A stretch of DNA of 64,000 bases from NCBI GenBank assembly GCA_964016885.1, contig OZ024741.1, forward strand, positions 149,420,001-149,484,000, given 5' to 3'. The stretch comes from Eledone cirrhosa. Taxonomy: Eukaryota. The notes beneath the pieces are model-generated. The model was given only the letters and a program-made list of their open reading frames with translations, did not search any database and was not told where the DNA came from. Of the stretch, positions 50,490-62,640 are shown piece after piece; positions within the stretch are counted from its first letter, which is position 1; the number at the start of each line of letters is the position of its first letter. A program made the position numbers and the translations under genes.

Positions 50490-52569
50490 GACTCCAATAA
50501 CTGGTTCGAATACCTCCCACTCATTCTTCTTGGTGTTCGTTCCACTGTTAAGGAGGAAGTCGGACATTCTCCGGCTGAAATGGTGTATGGCACCGTACTC
50601 ACTCTACCCGGACAAATGATTGCTCCTGTTTCGCCACAAGAACTTCCAAACCCTACAAAATATGTGCACCGTTTACGGTCATCGATGTCGCATCTGTCTC
50701 ATTCAGCCCCTAAACAACAGCATGTTACTTCACATATACCAAAAGACATCGATACATGGACGCATGTTTTCGTTAGAAATGACGGTATTCCATCGCAACT
50801 TCGTCCGCTGTATTCCAGGCCCTATAAGGTGATACAGAAACGCCCTAAGTATTTCGTCCTCGACTTGAACGGGAAACGAAATACCGTCTCCATTGATCGT
50901 TTAAAAAAAGCGTTCATAGAACAGGAATTGCCACCAGTACCCACCGTTTCTCCAGCAGACTCACCAACAACTTTGCCCGACACAAACACGACAAATTCTG
51001 CACAACCCCGACACACCAAATCTGGAAGAACAGTCCGATGGCCCACGCGATACGTACAAGTTTATCGGGTAAGTACAAATTATGCATCTGGTCGACATTT
51101 CGGCTAATTTGTACATTTCAACGAATCGGCCAATTTCTGTGGTCATGAACTATTGCTACACACAAATCAATTAACTCTGTGCATCACCCACATCAAAAGA
51201 ACAGACAAAAGAACATTTTTCCGTTTCTATGAAATGAACGAACTTTTAATCAACAAACTTTTCGTACGAACATTTTCAATTTTATGTAACATCACAGTAC
51301 ATTTTCCTGCATGTAAATTTCTTTTGCTTTGCATGTTTTCTTTCATTTCTCCTGTTTGTAAATGACTTTCATGTGTTTTTTGTTTTTACTGATTTTCTTC
51401 AACAACACACCTAGTCATACCTATCTTCATTTCACATGCACCTAGATCGTTCAATCTGAGCTTTCTCACTGGAAGGGGGGGGGGGTACTATAACAGCGGC
51501 GAAGATTCGAAACCGAATCTGAACTTTCCCGCCTCTGGGACAAGCCGTGGTAAGTTGTTTACGCTCAAGAGACTAACTCCTTGGGAGAGGCTAAACACAG
51601 GTCAGAGGTGTTTACGCCTGACAGAAAATAGGTCAGAGGATATATCCATCTTTCTGACTTGTTTACGCCTGGCAAACTAATCCCTTGGGAGACTAACCAA
51701 AGTTCAGAGGATATATCTATCCTTCTAACTTCAACTCTTATAAATACATATGTTGTTTACGCCCCGACAGAAAAGGAGTGATATACAGATAAGACAAGTC
51801 GCATTTACAAGCTCTCGTCACGAAAAACCAGTCTGTCCATTATTCTCACCTTCCTGGCTGATCGCTGACTCCTACTACTAAAACAAGCAAATATACTGAT
51901 ACGCACACACGCATTCATAGTGAGTTCACACTATTTGTATTTTTACACGCACCATTTCTGTCTATACATATTATATCTTTCCGAATCAGTACAAATTATA
52001 TTTTAATCGTATTCTGTGATACTTGAATTTACGTGGCTTGAAGATCCACCAAATTATTGTATGAATATTTTGTGTTATTGATTTTATCATTCAATATTCA
52101 AATTGAATATTGTTATAATAAAATAAACTTTGTAACAACACAATCCTGGTATTTTTCTTTACATCGAAACCACCATACCAACAGTTACATCCATCCACTT
52201 ATCGTTACAACCACACATAATATTCCGTTACAGATGAGTAGCTTGTGAGAACAGTGCAAGTCATGTACAGAGGTACTCTCCACAGAATGAGAGTAGCTAA
52301 TAAATTTAGTGAGGAATTCAATGTACAGATAAATTTCATCAGGGCTCAATCCTCAGCCCACTTCAGTTTATTATAATCCTTTAGGCTATAACAGAAGAGT
52401 TTAAAACCAACAGCCCATGGGAGTTTCTGTAAACTGACAACCTGGTTCTTATAGTTGATACAATGGAAGAGCTGGAGAATATATTCCTACTAAGGAAACA
52501 GAGTTCAGAATCAAAAAAGCTTGAAGTAAACTTAACAAAGATCAAAGTTTTAGTAAGTAGGAAAAAAGA

Positions 52570-52755
52570 CAGGACTCTAGTTCCACCAGAAAATTGGCCA
52601 TGTTCAATGTGTAGAAAAATACTCTAGTTCCATCAGGAAATTAGCCATGCTCAATATGTAGAAAAGGACTCTAGTTCTATCAGGAAATTAGCCATGCTCA
52701 ATATGTAGAAAAGGACTCTAGTTCCACTAGGAAATTGGTCATGCTCAATATGTAT
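52570..52755. repeat. ~47-bp tandem amplification (4 copies) of an RTE coding segment
   Basis: aggactctagttcca..aggaaatt.gccatgctcaatatgtagaaa repeated. Confidence 0.85.
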
Positions 52756-52784
52756 TTACAACATTGGAAATCTTTTATAGAATA

Positions 52785-55700
52785 TCATCATCATCATCAT
52801 CACCGTTTTACGTCCGTTCTTCCACGCTAGCATGGGTTAGACGGGTTGTCCTGTTGTGGGCAGTGTCTGGTCGGCTGACCATGCCTTGCTCATACAGGAA
52901 CTGATTTGGCTTGATTTCTACAGCTGGATGCCCTTCCCAACACCAACCTCATTTACAGTGAGTGCTGGGTGCTTTTTCGTGGTGCCTACATGTCCACTTT
53001 ACAGTGTGGGCTGGGTGCTTTTTTGCCGTGGCACCTCCACTACCACCTTGCGGTGGGGGGGTGTGAGGGCATATTGTCTATATGCTTCAGCTTGTACCCA
53101 TGAGAAGCTGGGTACTCTGTATTACTGCGTGACGCCAGTGGTCACGGTCGTGTGTCATTGCCTTTGAGAGGTGTAATTGGGTAAGGTCGGCTTTTATCAC
53201 CTTATCCCAGGTCATCTTGGGTCTCCCCACTCCGCGGTTTCCATCGACTTCTAGTGCTCTGCACCTTTTTATGCAGCTGTCATCCTTCATACGCATCACA
53301 TGTCCATACCAGCGCAACCGCCTCTCCTGCACATAGCATTTGATTCCTCTTATGCTCAGTCTCTCTCTCAATTCATTTATGCTTTGTCATTCACGTATAT
53401 TACTGTTACACATCCATCGGAGCATGCAGGCTTCGTTTCTCTCTAATCTACATAAGTCTTCCACCTTCAGCGCCCAGGTCTCACTACCATGCAACATCGC
53501 TGTTCGGATACACGCATCATACAGTCTGCCTTTCATTTTGAGGGAGAAGCCTTTTGCAGCTAGCAGTGGTAGTAGTTCCCTAAACTTCTTCCATCCCGTT
53601 CTTACCCTAGTTATTGTACTTTCTGAACACCCACCTCCGCTGCTAATTCGGTCACTTAGGTAGCAGAAGCTGTCTACTGTTTCTACAGAGCCCTCCCAGA
53701 GATTGGTGGTACTTGTTTCCTGTGGCTGTTTGCTGCTTGCTGTCCCAGCGCAGCTGCTGCATGTGAAGCCTACATTCTTAATTAAGCTTCCTGAGATCCC
53801 GCTACATCTCTTGTGTACCCATTGTTTGCATTTGGGGCAGAGAATGGAGTTCCTACCTACACCTTTCCTACATACTGAGCAAGGCCATTTCCCTGGGGGG
53901 ATCTGGGTTCTGTTTTCTCGTCTACTTACAAGGACCTTAGTCTTTGTCATGTTGACTTTGAGACCCTTTCTTTCTAGTCCCTGCTTCCAAGTTTGGAATT
54001 TCTTCTCTAGTTCTACCATAGATTCAGCTATAAGTGCGAGGTCATCAGCATACAGGAGTTCCCATGGGCATCCGGTCTTAAACTCCTCCGTTATTGCCTG
54101 CAGGACTATGATGAACAGGACGGGGCTAAGAACAGAGCCCTGGTGGACCCCAACCTGTACGCTAAATTCCTCGCTATATTCATTGCTAATCCTAACTTTG
54201 CTGACTGCTCCCCTATACATGGCTTGTACCGCTTTCAGAAGCCATTCATCTACTCCTAGTTTTCTAAGAGCCCACCAGATTACAGCACGTGGAACTCTGT
54301 CAAAGGCTTTCTCAAGGTCGACAAATGCCAAGTAGAGTGGCTTACTTTTAGCTAGGTACTTTTCCTGTAACTGCCTCACAAGGAAGAGGGCATCAGTGGT
54401 GCCTCTTCCTGGTACAAACCCAAATTGCATCTCATCTATTTTCACCCGGTCCCTAATCAACTGTGCTATAACTCTTTCTGTTACTTTCATGACCTGGTCC
54501 ATCAGCTTTATACCTCTATGGTTTCCTCTATCTAGTGCATCACCTTTACCTTTGTAGCAGTTGACAATGATGCTACTGCACCAATCTTTTGGTATGACAC
54601 CTTCTAGTATTACCTGGTTAACAATACGTGTGGTTATAGCGTGACCTACAGACCCAGATGCCTTCAGCATCTCGGCAGCTATACCCGATGGACCGGTTGC
54701 CTTCCCCATCTTCATATCTTTGGTTGCCTTACTTTCTACGTTGCTGCTGACTTGTACTGCTGACCCCTCTATAGGGTCTACTTGGGGTAGGGTCTCTTCT
54801 TCCCATGCATTCTCCTCATTTAGTAATCTATCATAATGACTCTTCCATGCATCTTTCTTCTCAGCACTTGTGAGGGCAAGCTCACCTTTATCATTCCGGA
54901 TACACTTCTCTCCAATGACATCACAATTCTCTCTGACACACTGCCTCGCAATCTTGAACACCTCCTGTTTCTGGTCCTCACGTTGCAAAACATGCTTGAA
55001 TCTTCTATCCTCTGCTTCCCCTAGCTAAGTATACTTGTCGCCTAGCTTCCCTCTTGGTCTCTATGTAATGTTCTTCCATTCTTTCCATGCCTGTCTCTTG
55101 GCCTTAATTGCCTCATCTACCTTATTGTTCCACCACCAAGTCACTCTCCTCCTGCTTGAGGTCTTACTCCAGCCACAGACCTCATCCGTCGCCTCCAGTA
55201 AGTTATTTTTTAGGAACTCCCAGTTCTCTTCTACATTGAATGTCTCTATCTGTTCTTCTTTACTGTCGTAGGCGTTGAGTAAAATATCTTTAAATCTGTT
55301 ACTGGTTGAGGGGTCTTTCAGCTTCCAGATCTTTCTTCTCCAGGTTGGCCTGTTTCCAGGTTCGTCTAGTTCTGACTGTGAGGTTGCTGACAACTAAGCT
55401 ATGTTGGGATGTACATTCCTCACTAGGGAAGGCTTTTGTGTTTACGACCGTCCATCTGTCACATCCTCTGATGAGGATAAAATCTATCTGACTAGAGTGC
55501 TCCCCTGATCTATAGGTGATCAGGTGGTTGTCGGGTTTTTAAAGTTTGTGTTACATATCGACATGTCATTGGCGTCGCAGAATTCTAGAAGTCTGAATCC
55601 TTCCTCATTTCTTGTGCCAACCCCATGGCCTCCATGTACTCTATTGAAGCCGTCGCAGTGTTTACCTACGTGTCCGTTAAAATCTCCTGCGATGATTAGG

Positions 55701-56060
55701 AAGTCATTGTCGTCTGTTAGAGCAGTAGTGTGCATTAGGGACTCGTAAAACCTATCCTTAAGTTCGTCTGGCAGCCCCGATTGGGGTGCGTAAGCTGATA
55801 TTATTGTGGTAATTGTTTTATTCAGGATTAGTCTGAGTTTAATGATTCTTGCATTTACCCTGTACACTGAGATTACTTTATCTACCCACTTGTCAGCTAG
55901 TAGTATACCTACACCACCCATCCCATCGTCATTTCCCACCCAGAAAAATTTGTACCACCGACTTTTTCCTACAAGGACTCTAGCAGACTCTCCTCTCCAT
56001 CTAGTCTCTTGCACACAGCATACATCAATTTCCTTTCGCTCTAGCATTTCTACGATTTCT
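52785..56060 (-). mobile_element. Nearly complete RTE LINE (APE endonuclease 55520-56047, RT 53387-54988, 3' UTR, (GAT)n tail)
   Basis: VQETRW, SAYAPQ, GDFNGHVG, FVDLEKAFDRVPR and YADD motifs; few frameshifts. Confidence 0.95.
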
Positions 56061-57144
56061 CTAAGAAGTTAAACACTTATATGTTAAACAAATTATGTAA
56101 TTAAGTAATAAGAACTCTATACTATGTACACTATGCAAAACATGGGTACAAAAAAGGTGTAATGAGATAGCTGGTAGACTAACATGAAAGATAGAATTTG
56201 TATGTGGGAGATGGACAGGAGAGTTAGTCATAAAAGTCTTAGCAAAATAATTTTTTTCCAATTTCAAGAAGGATCCATAGAAGTGGTTAATAACTTCTGC
56301 TAGTCCAGTTATTTAACTAACAGTGGAGGAGATTGCTCTAAACGTATAGTAGCTAGAATAAGAACAGAATAGGAAAGTTCTAAGTCTGTTGACAACAAAA
56401 TGTTTCTCTATGAACAAAAAGGTGGCTCTATGATGCATGTGTGTGAATTGTGATGGTGCATAGAAGTGAAACATGGGCCATAAATGTAGCAGATATGCAT
56501 AGGGTGGAGAGAAATGAAGTGAGCATGCTTTAATGGATATGTGATATTAATATGCATGATCAGCGATCATGCATATTAATATCACATGAGCTATATCACA
56601 TGAGCTATGATAAAAACCGAGTATAAGAGGAATCAAATATAGTGTGCAAGACTGAGCTGGTATGAATGTGCATGATTGTTGAGTGAAGAAGAGCCAGGAG
56701 GTCCAAGTGAAGGGAAGCTGCAATAGAAGAATACCAAGGAAAATCTGAGCAGAAGTGGTAAGAGTGGATCTCAAAACACTGAACCTTACAGAGGAGATGA
56801 CAAAGGAACACTACAAGTGGAGGTAAACTGTGCCAGAAAAGTCCTGTCCTATCAATTCAAGTATGGAAAAGGGGATGTAAAAATACTGATGATATATATA
56901 TATATATACTTTGATTAGGTTAAATCTATACATATAAAATGTATATTGATTAAGTTACTCAACAAGGAAAGCTCAATGAACATTAAGTTCAGAGCATAAT
57001 TTATGCAAATTTAAATGATATTCAAAGAAATTCTTTTCATATATCTAGTTGAGAAACAACTAGTGTTATGTATATACATATAAAAAGAAAAATAATAAAT
57101 GTACTAAAGAAAAAAATCAAGTCAAAATTTTCTAAAGTTCACTT

Positions 57145-57850
57145 ATATGGCCGATCTCCAACTTGCACTCGATAGGTCTGATACCGAGTGCTGCATGGTT
57201 GGAATGAAAATCAGTGCTGCGAAAACTGAGACACTCATCCTCTTAAGAAAGCCTGTGCGGTGCACTTTGCATGTAAATGGAGTTCCACTGAAGCAGGTGG
57301 AGAAGTTCAAGTATCTGCATCAGCTTCAGCATTCAGTAATCAGAAGGGAGGTAGGCATAAAAGCCAAACTCACTATCTTCAATTTGGTATTTGTACCAAG
57401 CCTTACTTATGGTCATGAATCTTGGGTTGGGTAATGAGCAAAAGAATACGATTGCAAATACAAGCAACTGAAATGGGGTTCCTCCAAAGGATATTTGGAA
57501 TAATCTTATTCGATAGAGTGTGTAGCTCGGCGATCAGAGTCACTCCAGGTAGAGCTGCTACTTCTCTGAATTGAGAGATCACAGCTCCAACATTGTGGGC
57601 ATGTGGTTAGAATGTCTCGGGGAAAGAATTGCTGGACAGATTTTACGGGCAAAACCAACCAGCAGGAGACCCAGGGGTAGACCACAAGCAAGATGGTTGG
57701 ATAACATCTATGAGCTTGGCTGGTTTCACTTGGTGATCCAGCAGGATCGGTTGGAGATAGTTGCTTTGACAGGACCCGCTGGAAGGAGTGTTTGAGGACG
57801 CTTCCTCTATAACCCTATCAGGAATAAGTGACTGAAGAAGATGAAGATAT
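57145..57850 (+). mobile_element. 3' fragment of a second RTE-like LINE family
   Basis: GMKISAAKTE, VEKFKYL, LTYGHESW and RPRGRPQARW motifs; gaagaagatgaag tail. Confidence 0.8.
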
Positions 57851-57897
57851 ATATAGATATAATATACATTATATTCAAAACAATAAGAATGGCACAA

Positions 57898-57908
57898 TTT
57901 ATTTTATT
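57898..57908 (-). terminator. Candidate AATAAA polyadenylation signals of the GALC-like gene
   Basis: tttatt on the + strand at 57898-57903 and 57903-57908, ~90 nt after the stop codon. Confidence 0.4.
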
Positions 57909-57992
57909 CTTTTGTATTTTTTATTATATATTTATATATTTTTACATAAAATTTTCTCACAAAAATAAAGTTTTCTTCTCTGTCACATCAAT

Positions 57993-58139
57993 TTAAATTG
58001 CTTCAACAAAAAACATATCAAAATCAGCAATGCCGTAAGGATAGGTACCTAGACCTACAAACCCAGGTTTTAGGTAGATATCTTCAATTTCAGTGCTAAA
58101 TATGATTTTGTCGTTAACAATTCCAATTATAATGTTAGT
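57993..58139 (-). CDS. GALC: Terminal coding exon of a galactocerebrosidase-like gene (TNIIIGIVNDKIIF...PGFVGLGTYPYGIADFDMFFVEAI*); not in the ORF track
   Basis: ttacag| acceptor, 147 nt to TAA. The C-terminus resembles vertebrate GALC (...NDK...GWAAIGT...AQFDNFLVEA, recalled from memory). Confidence 0.82.
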   Translation of the reverse strand, partial: TNIIIGIVNDKIIFSTEIEDIYLKPGFVGLGTYPYGIADFDMFFVEAI

Positions 58140-58332
58140 CTGTAAATTAATAATGAAGAGACATAATTAATCTATACAGCAGAAACATAAGAAATAATTA
58201 GTTGACAAAATTTAAGCAAAAATACAGCAGAGAAAGAAACATATTAAGAAAATTCACACACATACGTACACATTTATACATCTATATAGAGATATACTTT
58301 TTAAGAGATTTTAAAGCATTGTGATAATTTAA

Positions 58333-58945
58333 ATCATCATCATCATCATCATCATCATCGTTTAACGTCCATGTTCCACGCTTGCATGGGTTTGGACGGG
58401 AGTTTTCCCACTTGAGGCAAGAGTGGTTGTCTTGCTCGCATAGGACTGTCTGGCGGTTTTCTACAGCTGGATGCCCTTCCTAACACCAACCACATTTACA
58501 GTGTGGGACTGAGAGGTTTTTACCGTGTTGCCTACATGGCCACATTACAGCGTGGACTGTGTTTTTTTGTCGTGACACCTACACGATCTCATTTGTTTCA
58601 GCCTGGATGTTGTGGTACCAACATAACTTTACATTGAAAGGGGTGGTGTGGATGGGGGGGGGGGGGGGGGGTATTTTGTTAGAGATGCCTACTGACTGTA
58701 GTAGGTTTTACTTTGTATTTAGGTAAGGCGGGTCTTCTCTATTACTGAGTGCCGCCAAAGATCTCAGTCCAGTGACATTGTCTTGGAGAGGTGTAAGTGT
58801 GTGAGGTCGGAGTTTATCAGGTCGTCCCAGGTTTTTCTGGGTCTGCCTACTCCGTGGCTACCGTCTATCTTTATTGCCCTGCACTTTTTTATACAGCTGT
58901 CGTTTTTCATGCGCATCACGTGACCATACCAACGTAGCCTTCTCT
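58333..58945 (-). mobile_element. RTE 3' fragment (same subfamily as 21960-23521)
   Basis: Reverse complement closely matches ~22790-23520; (CAT)n at 58333-58359. Confidence 0.9.
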
Positions 58946-59757
58946 TAATATGGAATATAATTGAAAGCTTAATAATGTGAATGGTAAAAAATATAGAATT
59001 TTTGAATTTTCTATCTTAAAAGATAGAATTAGTTGCAATAAGTTAGCATTGAAAATTCATTCTTTACAATGAACAACAGATGGAGAATTTGCCACATGGT
59101 TTGACCATTGAGTGAAGCCAAAATGAATGAGACAGACAGTAGTAGTTGTAATCAGCAGCAGTTCATTTCCCACCAGTATAACCCTGTTTTTCATTATTTG
59201 CATTGTTGGGTTTTTTAATCTAGGTTTTCAACTGGTGATTCTATCCAATTTTTTTTTTTCCCCCTATCTTCAAAGGTATTTTACCCAACCTATTAAACTA
59301 TTACTTATAGTTCATTGGCAATGTGACTGCCTTCAAAGAGCAAAACATATCTTTCCGCAATGGTTCACAAATGAATACAATGTTGTTTACATTTTTAGCT
59401 TAACACTTAAAGACTGCTTTGACACAATGCTGAAATAGTTAACCAAACCATGCATCTGTGAACCAGGAGATTCTCATTCCACTGCCCCCCCCCCCCAAAA
59501 GTACTTGATTCAATGGCTGCTGACCCTTATGAGTTCCTTTGTCCTTTGACGGGTTTTGTTTTTCCTCCTCCTCACGCTCCTCACCAGGCAAACTTGGTGG
59601 GGTTGCCGGTTTAGTCACCGACAACCCAACTATGCTCAGGTTGTACTTGGTTACATGTTACCAGTAGCACTGAAGAGTGACCTGATATACAAATATATAT
59701 ATACATACATATATATATACACACATATATATATATATATGGATACATACATATATA

Positions 59758-59932
59758 GCCCCACACTGTAAATGTGGTTGGTGTTAGGAAGGGCATCCAG
59801 CTGTAGAAAACCCGCCAGACAGTCCTATGCGAGCAAGACAATCACTCTTGCCTGAAGTGGGAAAACCCCCCGTCCAAACCCATGCAAGCGTGGAACACGG
59901 ACGTTAAACGTTGATGATGATGATGATGATGA
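59758..59932 (+). mobile_element. RTE 3'-UTR fragment with (GAT)n tail
   Basis: Matches 23348-23521 and is inverted relative to 58333-58510. Confidence 0.88.
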
Positions 59933-60281
59933 TATATATACATATATATATGTATATATATAAATGTGTGTGTGTGTATGGATGTCTATGTATGTGTATG
60001 TGTATATATGTAAATATATGTAAGTGTGCTTGTGGTGTGTATGAGCTTTAGTATATGTTGTATGAATATGTGTATCTGATAAGTGAAAGTAGAGAATGGA
60101 ACAGGTGCCTAACAGAATTGCTTAATCTTGTGCCATGGGGGGAAATCTTTTGGTGCAAAACCCATGGTCATATATATGTATATGAAAACATATAATATAT
60201 GTTTATATACAATAAACATATGGATAGCCTCACTGTCAAAAAATATTTTTCTCCATGAACATGTCCCAGAGTTGTAGTACA

Positions 60282-60346
60282 GTTGAGAATGCCAAACAAC
60301 ATTGTTTCAAGATTTGTTAATCTTTCATCAGTGACATTCACTCAAC
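60282..60346 (-). ncRNA. Type-I hammerhead ribozyme fold, sense within the last GALC-like intron
   Basis: Reverse strand: GTTGA-gt-GAATGTCA-CTGATGA-AAGATT-AACA-AATCTT-GAAAC-AATGTT-GTT-TGGCATTC-TCAAC. Confidence 0.82.
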
Positions 60347-60746
60347 CAGAACTGACATGGAAATAGACTAGTCTTTATAGAATTTTGCGTGATGAACATT
60401 TGCATATAGCAAGTAGAAACCACCTGATAGCTTCCTCTACAGTTTTTCTCATGAATTGAATGGCTCTCCTCTAATCAGTTGAGAACCTTGCTGAGAAAGT
60501 ATCCCACAAAGTCTCTGCAGCCAATTTCAAAATGCTCACACTGCAATATAAACTAAATCGTTGTTTTTTTAATGCAGATGGAGTTTCTGAATAATTAACC
60601 TCAATAATTATTTTTGTTTAATTCCTTTTCCAACATTGAGGATACACATGTTTGAAGATGGGTACAGTTGGAATGGTGTCAGTAAAATATGGATTGGGAC
60701 AGTGTTACAGTAGTATGTGGACCGAAGCTTTAATAATTTTTTTTAA

Positions 60747-61010
60747 CCTGTTGACTGCCATGTATATTTTTGCACAGCTACAGTTGCTGTGCCAGGTTTA
60801 TTTTCAGTAAAATGACTATTTTTTTAAACAAACATTTATTAACAACACATATCTGAATGATTGACAAACGTCACATCAATAAACTAGTAACCCCATCTAG
60901 CTTTGAAGTTATGAATTGTTGGAAATTGTTCATAACTTTGAAGTTATGAACTGTTGGAAAAGAGTTCAAACATATTAGGACAAGTTATCTCGTCTATGAC
61001 ACTGAAGAGG
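60747..61010. mobile_element. piggyBac-like MITE
   Basis: TTAA|CC...GG|TTAA ends; imperfect TIR cctgttgactgcca / cctcttcagtgtca; internal ~35-bp duplication. Confidence 0.55.
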
Positions 61011-61137
61011 TTAATGAACCTATAATTAGATGTGGACTAACAAACTTAATTACACTAGTAATAAGAAAATAGTTTATTAGTGTTAACAATTCTTGTCAAG
61101 GAAAACAAAAGAGAAAACTCAATAAAAAATATCTTAC

Positions 61138-61214
61138 CTGGGTATATAAACCAATTTTGTTCCAACCAGATTCTGCAGAAGACACTTTACCACTCAGAAG
61201 AAGTTTAGATTTAG
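61138..61214 (-). CDS. GALC: Penultimate coding exon of the GALC-like gene (xKSKLLLSGKVSSAESGWNKIGLYTQ)
   Basis: ttccag| acceptor and CAG|gtaag donor; 77 nt, phase 1/0, splices in frame to 58139. Upstream exons were not found in the window. Confidence 0.78.
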
Positions 61215-61399
61215 CTGGAATATATATATGTATACCAACATAAACTACATAATCAACAACAACAACACAACAATAATGATAATACTTCATTGTAAAAATT
61301 GATAACTGGTCAAAAAATTGATAACTGAAGTCAGCAGAAAAAGAAAGAAGAGTCTTAGCATGGCATGGATTCATTAGTAGAAGGCTTTTGATAGTGTTC

Positions 61400-61552
61400 C
61401 TCACATGTGGATATTGGACACACTAGCCATGAACAAAATAGCACCAGTGTTTCCCACATGTGGATACTGGACACACTAACCATGAATAAAATAGCACCAG
61501 TGTTCTCCACATGTGGATACTGGACACATTAGCCATGAACAAAATAGCATCA
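61400..61552. repeat. ~53-bp tandem repeat, 3 copies
   Basis: cacatgtggata.tggacacac.a.ccatgaa.aaaatagcaccagtgtt repeated. Confidence 0.9.
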
Positions 61553-61769
61553 ACAGTAAAAAATATACATTAACTAAGCTATAAGTAAGTGGCAAACAAT
61601 TATCCAGATACAAAGGAAAGAGAGAGCTATAAAACTGAGCCCATCCCAATTAAGAGTGGAATATTATAAGTGGTCTACTCTCCATTCTTCTTTTGTCTGT
61701 CAATAACAACTTTGAGGTATTAAATAGGACTGTACTTGGATAAAATGGTAATGGAAGAAGACCAGCAAT

Positions 61770-62640
61770 TTAAGGAGAGAGGAGGTGAATTAAATTGACT
61801 CCAGTACTTAATTGGTAGTTTTATTGATTGTGTGGAATGATGAAAGACAAAATTAACCTTGGTAGAATTTCAACTCAGAATATGAAGAACTGGAAGAAAT
61901 ACTTCAAAGCACTTCTTCAATGATCCAACAATTCTGCCAATCAACCACCCTTAGATATAAATAATTGTTTCTACTTTTGGCACAAGGCCAGCACTTTGAA
62001 GGAAAGAGGGAAAGTTGATTAAATCAACTCAGTGTGTTACTGGTACTTTACTTTATTGACCATATAAGTATAAAAGGCAAAGCCAACCTCAGTGGGATTT
62101 GAACCCAGAATGTAAATGGCCATAACTATAGGCTACAACGCATGTTGTCTGGTGCTCCACTGATACTGCCAATCCACCATCCTATAGATACAAATAATGG
62201 TTTCTGATTTAGGCACAAGGATATCAATTAGGGGGGGGGGGGGGATTAAATCGACCCCGGTGCATTACTGGTATTTTATTTATCGACCCGTAAGGATGAA
62301 AAGCAAAGCTAACGTTGGCGGGATTTGAATTCAGAAGGTAAAGGGTCGTAACTATATGCAGCAAAGCATGTAATCCGACACTTTACCGATACTGCCAATC
62401 CACCACTCTTATAGATACATTAATAATAATAACAATAATTATAATTTCAACCTTTGACACAAAGCCACAAATTTTGGAAGAGAGGTACAACTGATTATAT
62501 CAATACCACTACTTGACAGGTGTTTTGTTTTATCAACACCAGACAAATGAAAGGCAAAGTTTGAATACAGAATCTAAAGACATGTGACTAAATACTGTAA
62601 ATCATTTCTTCCATTGCTTTAACCATTCTGTCATACTTGT
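61770..62640 (-). mobile_element. Head-to-tail array of four diverged Nin/Deu-domain-like SINE copies; a further copy on + at ~63086-63235
   Basis: Repeated ctggta.tttatt...ga.aaggcaaagt..acct..g.gggatttgaa.tcagaa (reverse complement of the SINE core at 30190-30260). Confidence 0.75.

Larger units (their letters stand above)
40271..52232 (+). mobile_element. Ty3/Gypsy LTR retrotransposon, CsRn1-clade-like: LTRs 40271-41013 and 51489-52232; gag, PR, RT, RNase H, IN; inactivated, carries two nested insertions
   Basis: TSD GATG (40267-40270 / 52233-52236); PBS TGGTGACCCCG at 41016 (tRNA-Trp-like); G-rich PPT at 51471-51485. Motifs CWYHQRFG...PC (CHCC-type gag), FLVDTGA, YIDD, TDAS and TDRGRQF...ERFH. 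Confidence 0.96.
39990..56890 (+). mobile_element. Old RTE LINE fragmented into three pieces (~39990-40270, 52233-52755, ~56105-56890) by later insertions
   Basis: LALVDLEKVFDRV...RKLGI|DE*LVRTVQVMY reads through once the Gypsy element is removed. The C-terminal part resumes after 56105. Confidence 0.8.
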
